Source: Alphaproteobacteria bacterium (lineage in GTDB: Bacteria > Pseudomonadota > Alphaproteobacteria > Bin95). Taken from it: a stretch of 64,000 nucleotides of DNA. The position numbers were made by a program, and so were the translations under genes. The notes below the pieces were generated by a model. It saw only the letters and a program-made list of their open reading frames with translations. It had not been told where the DNA came from and did not search any database. The DNA lies in the NCBI GenBank assembly GCA_963665325.3, contig OZ224045.1, positions 1,632,001-1,696,000 on the forward strand. The letters are read 5' to 3'. Shown here in pieces: positions 20,995 through 28,731 of this stretch. How positions within the stretch are numbered: position 1 is the first letter of the stretch; every line of letters starts with the position of its first letter.

Positions 20995-21097
20995 AGCGGA
21001 GTGGAGCTGGGCAGCCGACTAGGCATGATAATCGCCTCCGGGATGGGCGGCCGGAATCCAAGACTGCTGTGGAGGCGCACGGCGTTGTAATGGCGCC
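20995..21097 (-). mobile_element. IS3-family transposase 3' remnant
   Basis: HYNAVRLHSSLGFRPPIPEA matches the IS3 C-terminal YNxxRxHSSLGYxxP motif. Confidence 0.7.
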
Positions 21098-21367
21098 CCT
21101 GACGGTGCATGCTAGACCGCTATAAGCGAGTTGACTCAGGATTAGATTCTTGGGTTTCACGGGTAAGGATTTGTCGGAATCATGAGACGTCGACGACTCG
21201 TAGAGACGCAATCGGCCCGTGAGGGAGTGGGCCCCAAATTTCCGACATCGTCATCTGGGAATGCTCTAACGGGCTACGCAAGGTCATGACCGTCCAGATA
21301 ATGAGACAAAGGCAGTGCCTATATTCGTTGATGTAAGTCAAATGGTTGCGAGTCAGAGGTTATACAA

Positions 21368-21802
21368 ATGGTAAACAAATTGTTTAAGTTATTGTCGCAA
21401 GTAAAGTCAGTCACTGGAGATGATTTTTCGGGCTTAGGATTGATCATTTGTGACACACCGGAATTCCTCCCTATTGTGCCAATACGCCCCGTGAGCTCTC
21501 CGCCAAGTAAGTTCAATCTAATTGATTCACTCGTCAGTATCTCGACCTTGGACAGTGAATATCATGATGGCTTCCATATACTATCATCCGACTGGACATT
21601 GAGCCGAATATCTCAATACTTTTTGCCACCGATTGTCAATGGTGTAATTGTTGATCGGAGTAAGACCTTTGGTGGTCGCTATATTGCAGCACTGTTCGGA
21701 TCGGCAATACCAAACGTGCGACTGTCAGGAATAGCAAGTAAAGGGTTCGGAATCGCGATCTTTAAGGACGGCGCAGAAACATATTTCCAGGATGCACTAT
21801 GA
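21368..21802 (+). CDS. Stand-alone diadenylate cyclase (DAC/DisA_N)-fold protein with divergent active site
   Basis: GLGLII...EYHDGFHIL...ISQYFLPP...FGGRYIAALFGS...IASKGFGIAIFKDG aligns by eye with the DAC consensus GALIV...LHDGAVII...AxCxLP...LGTRHRAALGIS...VVSEETGxISIAxNG. GAGG RBS; AT-rich. Confidence 0.75.
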   Translation: MVNKLFKLLSQVKSVTGDDFSGLGLIICDTPEFLPIVPIRPVSSPPSKFNLIDSLVSISTLDSEYHDGFHILSSDWTLSRISQYFLPPIVNGVIVDRSKTFGGRYIAALFGSAIPNVRLSGIASKGFGIAIFKDGAETYFQDAL

Positions 21803-22401
21803 TTGGACTTGTACCAATAGGCCGATTTATTGCGCTTGTCGCGGTGTTGTATGCTGTATTAATTTCTGGTTTTGTAGCCGCAGCAGTCGAGTTCGGAGAT
21901 GATTCATGGTCGATTTGGATCAATTTCACATATATATTCTCCGGGGCCACATTACTCCAAATTCTGCTCGCGCTGTCGTTTTGTTATGGTTGGAGGCACT
22001 TGTGGCGATGGTTTCCGACTCTAAATCATTTACTATACCCGGACCTGGGCGGAGAGTGGGACATCAGAATTCATTGGCAAAGCTCTACGGACGATGGGAC
22101 TATCGATGCAAGAGCAGTGGTCCGGCAGAATTTCTTGCAAGTAAGTATGGAGGTATTGTCTGAGAATTCTGATTCAAAGACTCTGATCGCACAGCCCAGA
22201 AAAGATCCGGAATCTGGAACCCCATTCTTGTACTATGTATACCAAGTAAATCCAAAATTCATTGGACCAGAACACAACGAACCTTACTTTGGGGCTGCAA
22301 TCTTGAAGTATTCTCAAGTTGAAGAAGGGGGAAATTTGAGTGGAAATTATTGGACAACTAGAGCGACTAGAGGCCACTTTAACCTAAGGCGTCAAACATA
22401 G
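21799..22401 (+). CDS. Cap15-like 2TM + beta-barrel (S-2TM-beta) nucleotide-sensing membrane effector
   Basis: Two N-terminal TM helices, WRHLWRW..PDLGGEW, VRQ..VSM, SxS, LYYVYQVNP, GAAIL and LSGNYWT.R..G; ATGA overlap with the DAC-like gene. Confidence 0.85.
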   Translation: MIGLVPIGRFIALVAVLYAVLISGFVAAAVEFGDDSWSIWINFTYIFSGATLLQILLALSFCYGWRHLWRWFPTLNHLLYPDLGGEWDIRIHWQSSTDDGTIDARAVVRQNFLQVSMEVLSENSDSKTLIAQPRKDPESGTPFLYYVYQVNPKFIGPEHNEPYFGAAILKYSQVEEGGNLSGNYWTTRATRGHFNLRRQT

Positions 22402-22435
22402 AAATGTTGGACAGGCGGTATTCGCTGACCGCGGC

Positions 22436-23302
22436 TTACCTGCGGAAACGCGGTGTCCAGCGCTCCTCCATATCCTCATCTTCCTCGTCAGGTTCATCGT
22501 CGGCAAATGCGCTCGAAGAAAGTACCGTTAGCGTCTTGCCGTATCGTCCGAGGCCAATCGTCTCCTCGGTGCCCGGCAGGGAACGAGGACCGCCGAACCA
22601 GTCACGAAGATCGACGTCCACATGGCTGCGGTGGGCTCGAAGGATATTTTCGGGATTACGATTGAAGAGAGCGGTCTCAATGCCGGCCGGCAACGGCTGC
22701 CCCTTGCGGAGCCATTCAAGGCCGCTGATGTCCTGAAGGCTCTTGGACATGAAGCAGTAGTCGACCGAATCGCCGGTGCTTACTACGACGGCGACCGGCA
22801 CCGAGGCTGTTTCGGCATATCGGATCGCCGTGGCGGTCAGCGAGGTGCAGCACTCGCGCGCCATGCCTTCGACCGCTTCGAGCCCGTCGCCGAAGCGACG
22901 GACTCTTCGGGAAAAGTGGGGATCGGGCATCAGCAAGCCCGCGGCAAAATGATCGGCTTCCAGTTCGAAGCGATCGCCGGAAACGAAGCCGGCTTCGGAT
23001 GCATGAACTCCATCGCCGGACGGGAAGATGTGATCGACATGGCCGTCCAGCACGTAGTGACCGATCTCGTGGGCAATACTGAACCTCTGAAAGCCTTCAT
23101 TGTCGATGTGGGTGGCGTACATGATCCCGAACATGTCCTGATGGCGGACCAGCATGCCGGAAACACCACCCGCCGTGTCCGGCTTGGGCTCCACGACGAT
23201 GTCGAGGCTCTCGGCGATCATGATCGGATCGACGGGGAGGCTGGCGATGCCCCGGTCGGCGAGGAACTTCTCTGCCTTACGCTTTGCCATTTGGTATCGC
23301 AT
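22436..23302 (-). CDS. ImmA/IrrE-family Zn metallopeptidase (CapP-like)
   Basis: LPVDP, RFSIAHEIGH (HExxH), E.EADHFAAGLLMP and SLTATAIRY; downstream of an XRE gene and divergent from CBASS. Confidence 0.88.
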   Translation of the reverse strand: MRYQMAKRKAEKFLADRGIASLPVDPIMIAESLDIVVEPKPDTAGGVSGMLVRHQDMFGIMYATHIDNEGFQRFSIAHEIGHYVLDGHVDHIFPSGDGVHASEAGFVSGDRFELEADHFAAGLLMPDPHFSRRVRRFGDGLEAVEGMARECCTSLTATAIRYAETASVPVAVVVSTGDSVDYCFMSKSLQDISGLEWLRKGQPLPAGIETALFNRNPENILRAHRSHVDVDLRDWFGGPRSLPGTEETIGLGRYGKTLTVLSSSAFADDEPDEEDEDMEERWTPRFRR

Positions 23303-23314
23303 AGGCCTGACCGT

Positions 23315-23671
23315 TCACGCACCCTCTCCGCCACGCTTCTTGCGGTCGGAGAGCATCTTCATGAAAGAGTGGGCGAGATCGCGATCCGAGGAAGACAGGT
23401 TCTTGAAGTCCCGGTAGAGCGGATCGGCGTCGGCATAGGCTTCCGGATCGTCAACACGGCCCAGCAAGTAATCGGTCGTCACCTCCAGGGCGTTGGCGAG
23501 TCGGCGCAGGTTCTCGAAGGAAGGCTTACGGGAGCTGGCTTCGAAATGCGAGATCGAGGACGGGGGCAGGCCCGACTTCTCCGCCAAGGCTGACTGGTCC
23601 AATCCCCGCATCTCACGCGCGATCCTCAGCCTTTGAGGGAAGGCATCCGAGGGGATCGGATCCTCGGACAT
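23315..23671 (-). CDS. XRE-family HTH regulator (CapH-like)
   Basis: RLRIAREMRGLDQSALAEKSGLPPSSISHFEASSRKPS...VTTDYLLG; start at ATG 23671. Confidence 0.9.
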   Translation of the reverse strand: MSEDPIPSDAFPQRLRIAREMRGLDQSALAEKSGLPPSSISHFEASSRKPSFENLRRLANALEVTTDYLLGRVDDPEAYADADPLYRDFKNLSSSDRDLAHSFMKMLSDRKKRGGEGA

Positions 23672-23737
23672 GTCGATTTCACGATCTGTCACTTGACGTT
23701 CTCGCCATCCAAGTCCATGTATATTCCGACACAGTTT

Positions 23738-23757
23738 GCATGGCGAAGTCGCCATGC
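23738..23757. promoter_or_regulatory. Palindromic candidate operator in the capH/CD-NTase divergent promoter
   Basis: GCATGGCGA-AG-TCGCCATGC with perfect 9-bp arms; a further half-site TCGCCATCC at 23702. Confidence 0.55.
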
Positions 23758-23822
23758 GCAACTCATGGTGCTGCCCGGCGTTTAGGAGCAGGACTGGACC
23801 GGGTGCGGAGAAGGATAGCGGA

Positions 23823-25082
23823 ATGACAAGCAAGAACTATCCACTGCAACAGCCACTAGCCGATCCGGTGGACCTGTTGCTTGCCGACGTAGCGATCAGG
23901 GTGCAGCTGTCCCGGACCAATTACAGCAAGGCAATCGAACGGTACGAGACGATTAATGCCTGGATCGAACGCGACGGAAGTCCGCTGAAGGACCGGATTG
24001 TGCGGTTCTACCCCCAGGGTTCGATGGCGATCGGGGCGACGATCGCTTCGAAGCTGCGGACCGACGAGTTCGATATCGATGTCGTCGCACAGCTTGGTCT
24101 GCCGCTGAGCGTGTTGCCGAAAGACGCCTTGGATCTTTTGTTCCAGGCAATCCGAGGGGAACCGGGGTCGCGCTATTACCGGATGGTGGAACGTCGGACG
24201 CGGTGTGTCACGGTGCACTACGGAAACGATATGCATGTCGACGTGACGCCGGTGCTGCGCATGCTCGGTACGGCGGCGAGGCAAAGCCTGATCTTCCATC
24301 ACAATGAAGAATCGCCGCAGGATCCGGGGGATCGGTTGATCGCGAATCCCTACGGATTTGCTGAGTGGTTCAAGCTGAACACGCCGAACGACCAAGCCTT
24401 CGCCGAAATCTTCGAACAACGGGCTTGGGAGTACGAGGAAGCGTTGCGCATCCTTGCGGAGAAGGCCGAGAGCGAGCCTGTGCCTTCGCAGGAACCGGCG
24501 TTCCGGAAATCCAAGGCGGTCATCGTGCTGCAGCTTCTGAAGCGCTGGCGCAACGTTCAGTATGACGCGCGGTTGGGGCGCAAGCCTCCGTCGATCATGT
24601 TCGCCAAGCTGATCGCGGATGCGGCGAACCATACGGACGGGCTCTCGAAAGAACTGCTCCACCAGGCTCGGCACATGCTGGACGAGTTCCGCCGTTGCCA
24701 GGAGCTGGGGCGCCTCGTCCACATCGCCAACCCCGTTTGCGCCGAAGATGTTCTGACCGACCGGTGGCCAGGTAGCCTGCGTGACCAGGCAATCTTCATT
24801 GGCGACCTCGAGCACTTGGTCCGGCAGATCGAGCGCCTGATCGAGGGGTGCGACTTGGACGAAATGCAGAAAATAATGGCCGAGCTGTTCGGCGAGGCGC
24901 CGACGGGAGAAGCCTTCCGGAGCTTCAACGAGAAGGTCGGCGGCATGGTGCGGGAAGGCCAGAGTCGGCATCGCACCGGCACGGGCGGGCTGGTCTTGCC
25001 GGGTGCTGCTGCGGTCGTCGCGACGCCGTCTTTGGCGACGCCCAGGCACACGTTCTTCGGTGCGGACGACGACGACCGATGA
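23823..25082 (+). CDS. CBASS cGAS/DncV-like nucleotidyltransferase (CD-NTase)
   Basis: YPQGSMAIGAT...EFDIDVV, MHVDVTP, ANPYGFAEWF, QLLKRWRN, PPSI, IANPV and a C-terminal HTFFG followed by ADDDDR. Confidence 0.9.
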   Translation: MTSKNYPLQQPLADPVDLLLADVAIRVQLSRTNYSKAIERYETINAWIERDGSPLKDRIVRFYPQGSMAIGATIASKLRTDEFDIDVVAQLGLPLSVLPKDALDLLFQAIRGEPGSRYYRMVERRTRCVTVHYGNDMHVDVTPVLRMLGTAARQSLIFHHNEESPQDPGDRLIANPYGFAEWFKLNTPNDQAFAEIFEQRAWEYEEALRILAEKAESEPVPSQEPAFRKSKAVIVLQLLKRWRNVQYDARLGRKPPSIMFAKLIADAANHTDGLSKELLHQARHMLDEFRRCQELGRLVHIANPVCAEDVLTDRWPGSLRDQAIFIGDLEHLVRQIERLIEGCDLDEMQKIMAELFGEAPTGEAFRSFNEKVGGMVREGQSRHRTGTGGLVLPGAAAVVATPSLATPRHTFFGADDDDR

Positions 25083-25537
25083 CCCTGTCGATACGGGCAC
25101 AGATGGACCGGATGGGCCGAGCCTGGCCGGATTTCAGGGTTCTTGGCGCGACGGATTGGTTGGCGACCTGGGAAGGGTCGCTCCGGCCGCTGGCCATGCG
25201 CTACAGGGTGCGCGTATCGATGTGTTTCGGCAGGCAATTGAGCAATGCGGTGATCAGGAGTTATGCGCCCCGGATCACGGTGGTCTCTCCAATCCTGCGC
25301 CGGCGACCGGAACAGCCGGAGCAGCCGATCCCGCACATCTACCCGAACAGGTGTTCTCCCGACCGCCCGATCCTGTGCGTCTACCTTCCTGGGGCGGGGG
25401 AATGGGATTGGCGCGATGCGGTGGCCGACACGACGATCCCTTGGACCATCGACTGGCTGGCCTGTTACGAGGGCTGGCTCGCGACGGGAGAGTGGGCGGG
25501 CGGAGGCGTTCATCCGACAAAGGAGCGGGCGGCGTGA
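25079..25537 (+). CDS. CBASS E2/UBC-like protein (short type II Cap2)
   Basis: WEGSLRP, PHIY...LCVY (catalytic Cys), TIPW..WL..YE.WLATGEW.GGG.HP; ATGA overlap with the CD-NTase. Confidence 0.85.
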   Translation: MTLSIRAQMDRMGRAWPDFRVLGATDWLATWEGSLRPLAMRYRVRVSMCFGRQLSNAVIRSYAPRITVVSPILRRRPEQPEQPIPHIYPNRCSPDRPILCVYLPGAGEWDWRDAVADTTIPWTIDWLACYEGWLATGEWAGGGVHPTKERAA

Positions 25538-26625
25538 TGCCGGCGCCGGTGGGCGAAGGGTCGCCGAGACGGTCGTCGGGGGCGCTTGATCGTCGCCGTG
25601 TTCCGCTTCCTTGGCCGGAGGATCGGCCGTTTCGCATTCTTTCAATCGACGGAGGCGGCATTCGGGGTATCTATCCCGCCGCTTTCCTGGCGGAGCTCGA
25701 ACGGCGCTACCTTGGCGGGGAATCCGTGGCGCGGCACTTCGATCTCATCGCGGGGACTTCGACCGGCGGGATCCTCGCCGTGGGCCTGGGAGCGGGCATC
25801 ACGGCCGCAGAGTTACGCGACCTCTATGTCAATCGTGGATGCGAAATCTTCCCGCCGATCAGGCCGAGAGCGCTGGAGGGGATCCTCCGACGGTGCCGGA
25901 GCGCATGCCAAGTGTTCAAGTACCGATACAACCGAAGAGCGTTGGAAGGAATTCTGAAGGAGACGCTGGGCGAACGGAAGTTCGGAGAGGCAGGGACACG
26001 CCTCTGCATTCCGTCCTTCGATGGTCGGTATGGGGAGGTTTACATCTTCAAGACACCTCATCACCCGGATTTCCGGAAAGATGGGCGTGAGTTCATGACG
26101 AAGGTGGCTGAAGCCACATCGGCGGCTCCGACATTTTTTCGGCCGCTCGAAGACGGCGGCTACACCTTCGTCGACGGCGGGGTATGGGCGAACAATCCGG
26201 TAATGATCGGCTTAGTCGACGCGTTGACCTGCTTTGCGGTCAAGGCGGAGCAGGTTCGGATTTTGAGCGTTGGATGTGGCGACGATCCCTACGTTGTCGA
26301 CCGACGCAAGATTGTGGGAGGCGGCATATGGGCGTGGCGGGACGTGATCTTCGCCGCAATGCGGCTTCAGTCGCAGAACGCCCTCGGGCAGGCGGGGCTC
26401 CTTATCGGCGCCGACAGGATCGTCCGAATCGATGCGCCGACAACCGAGGCGAAGATTGAGATGGACGACTGGAGACGCGCGGTGGACGAACTGCCCGGCG
26501 CGGCGGAAACGGCGACTGACGAAATGGGTCCCGAAGTGGCTGCAAGGTTTCTGCGCGAACCTGCGGTACCGTACAGGCCGATTAGAACAACAGACATCCA
26601 AATGGCCCCGGTTCAGAGCAGATGA
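25537..26625 (+). CDS. capV: CBASS patatin-like phospholipase effector
   Basis: ILSIDGGGIRG, GTSTG, KTPHH, TSAAPTFF and DGGVWANNP. Confidence 0.9.
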   Translation: MPAPVGEGSPRRSSGALDRRRVPLPWPEDRPFRILSIDGGGIRGIYPAAFLAELERRYLGGESVARHFDLIAGTSTGGILAVGLGAGITAAELRDLYVNRGCEIFPPIRPRALEGILRRCRSACQVFKYRYNRRALEGILKETLGERKFGEAGTRLCIPSFDGRYGEVYIFKTPHHPDFRKDGREFMTKVAEATSAAPTFFRPLEDGGYTFVDGGVWANNPVMIGLVDALTCFAVKAEQVRILSVGCGDDPYVVDRRKIVGGGIWAWRDVIFAAMRLQSQNALGQAGLLIGADRIVRIDAPTTEAKIEMDDWRRAVDELPGAAETATDEMGPEVAARFLREPAVPYRPIRTTDIQMAPVQSR

Positions 26626-27113
26626 CGAAGACTGCAATTGGGTGGCCGGGTAGTTGTCAACGGCGGAGCAAGAATGTACCGGCGCGGCGACTGGCCTCGA
26701 CCGCGCACACGGGCTAGGTGGACAAGTCCGGAGCGCCCTATATCGAACACGTGACGAGAGTGTCCCAGGCAGTCGAGATGAAGGTGGCGCCGGAACTGCG
26801 GGACCATGCCGTCACGGTCGCGTACCTGCACGACGTGGTGGAAGACACCAATGTCACGCTGGACTTCATCCGGAAAAGGTTCGGCAACGATGTTGCCGAA
26901 GACGTGGAGACGCTGACACACCGCGACCGCGAGGAGTATCCCGACTACATCAACCGCGTGGCCCGCGGCAGCGCAGCGGCCAGGGCGGTCAAGCTCGCTG
27001 ATCTGGAGGACCATCTGCGCGACACATCACACATCAGAGCCGATCAGGTGGAGAAGTACGTTCAGGCGCTGGCTGTCCTGACCGGCTCCCGCGCACCTGA
27101 TCCTGCCGGGTGA
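26622..27113 (+). pseudogene. HD-domain hydrolase (Mesh1/SpoT-like) with in-frame amber codon
   Basis: ATG 26622 overlaps the capV stop. Reads ...LASTAHTG*VDKSGAPYIEH...YLHDVVEDT...VKLAD; the TAG at 26715-26717 replaces the Gln of the AHxGQxDK motif. Confidence 0.8.
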
Positions 27114-27301
27114 CGACTCCGTCCGGCGGGAAACCGGCGATGCCGGCCGGTGGCGCGCACCGTGTTCAATCGCTGCTGCTCAACCAGGCGTCACCGGGAC
27201 GACCGATCCCGGGGGCAGACTTCGTCAGGCATTCCGACAGCCCCGTCGGCAACAAGTGTGCGTGTGCGCGCCGATTGGAAAACCGGCAACACCGCTGCAT
27301 C

Positions 27302-28129
27302 TCAAGCGGCGGCGCGGCTAGTTCCCATCCGTGACGCGCTCCGTGCGAGGATGCGAAGGGCCGTGCGAAGCTGCTGGCCGCTGCCGGCGGCCACGCGCAC
27401 GCACACACCGCTGCCGTCACGCGTCGGCGCGATGCCTGTCCAGATGCCGTCGTCCAGCCTGTCCGCCGTCGAAGTCATGACCCCCAGTGCCCCGTCCGGG
27501 TCTTCCGACAGGACGATCACCGTGCCGAACGATGTCCATGTGCCGGGCATCTCGGCGAGCCGGGCCAGCAGTTCTCCGGTCACCTGCTGACGGTCCTCGA
27601 ACAGGACGGTGCCGTCGGGGCGCCGGACGACGACTTCGGATCTCCAGCACCGCCTGCCCGGCAAGGCCGCACAGATACCCTCGCAGGAAACCAGAGTTGA
27701 GACTCGCGGGAGCGTGATCGTCTGTCGAAGGGTCAGGTCCGCATCGTCGAACAACACGTAGGGTTCCGACAGCAGCACGGCCCGCGACCCGTGGCCCAGA
27801 TCAATCGCCCAGTCCGAAACGCTGCCCTGTCCGCCCGGCGTCCCGTAGGTCAGCATCGCACCGGCACTCTCAAGATGCAGAGCCGCGCCGTCCTCGATGC
27901 GAATGCGCTGCCCGATCCGGTCTCCTGCCAGCAAACCGGCTCCGGCAACCTGGGGGATCAACGTGACCGGCGTCCCGGGTGGTCCGGGATATCCCCGGCC
28001 CAGCGACCAGGGGAAGGAAACACGGCGGAACGCCAGGCGGCTGCGCCCGTCTGCCCCCAGGCCGATGATCAGGTCCATGGACGGCGCGCCCGGTGAGGTG
28101 GACGGGCCCGTGGCCGGCAACGCGTTCAC
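27302..28129 (-). CDS. ureD: Urease accessory protein UreD
   Basis: AGLLAGD motif; last gene of the ure cluster. Confidence 0.8.
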   Translation of the reverse strand: MNALPATGPSTSPGAPSMDLIIGLGADGRSRLAFRRVSFPWSLGRGYPGPPGTPVTLIPQVAGAGLLAGDRIGQRIRIEDGAALHLESAGAMLTYGTPGGQGSVSDWAIDLGHGSRAVLLSEPYVLFDDADLTLRQTITLPRVSTLVSCEGICAALPGRRCWRSEVVVRRPDGTVLFEDRQQVTGELLARLAEMPGTWTSFGTVIVLSEDPDGALGVMTSTADRLDDGIWTGIAPTRDGSGVCVRVAAGSGQQLRTALRILARSASRMGTSRAAA

Positions 28130-28731
28130 CGGAACAGCACGGCGTCCCTGATCTGCGTGGCCACCGCGCCGATACCCCGGCCCGCGCGACAGTTCGTGCC
28201 CAGGACCGGGGCGTTGCCACGGACCCGTGTTGCCTCCTCGAACATCCTTGCCAGGTCGACACCGACATGCGGGGCCAGATCGATCTTGTTGATCACCAGA
28301 AGATCGCTCTTAAGCACCCCCGGTCCGCGCTTGCGGGGAATGTCGTCGCCGCCCGAGACGTCAATCACGAACATCCACCAGTCGACCAGGTCCAGCGAAA
28401 AGGTCGAGGCCAGGTTGTCGCCGCCGCTTTCCAGCAGAACCAGGTCCAGGTCGGGAAATTGCCGGTCCAGCCGGTCTGCGGCGGCCAGGTTCGGTGTCGG
28501 GTCTTCGCGGATCACCGTATGCGGGCAGGCGCCGGCCTGCACGGCAAGAATCCTCTCGGGCGGCAGGCGGCCGCCGCGGCGCAGGCGCTCGGCGTCTTCA
28601 TCGGTGACCAGGTCGTTGGTGATGACGGCGGCTTCCACACCCTCATGGGCGAAGGACACCAGGAGGCGCTCTATCAGTGCCGTCTTGCCCGAGCCCACGG
28701 GCCCGCCTATGCCCACGCGGGCGGCGGTCAT
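28126..28731 (-). CDS. ureG: Urease accessory GTPase UreG
   Basis: [21 protein letters not shown] and NKIDLA. Confidence 0.95.
   Translation of the reverse strand: MTAARVGIGGPVGSGKTALIERLLVSFAHEGVEAAVITNDLVTDEDAERLRRGGRLPPERILAVQAGACPHTVIREDPTPNLAAADRLDRQFPDLDLVLLESGGDNLASTFSLDLVDWWMFVIDVSGGDDIPRKRGPGVLKSDLLVINKIDLAPHVGVDLARMFEEATRVRGNAPVLGTNCRAGRGIGAVATQIRDAVLFR

Noticed and set aside
21113-21240. Possible IS5-type left end starting with CTAG
   Set aside because: No matching inverted end or recognisable transposase sequence.
21368-21802. Housekeeping DisA/CdaA, or Panoptes OptS
   Set aside because: No TM, HhH or linker domains, no cdaR/glmM/radA context, and no palm-polymerase GGDD-like motif.
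23736-23822. N-terminal extension of the CD-NTase in the ORF track (likewise 25003, 24848, 49708, 12597 and 6802 starts)
   Set aside because: Family similarity, RBS position and stop/start overlaps support the downstream starts used here.
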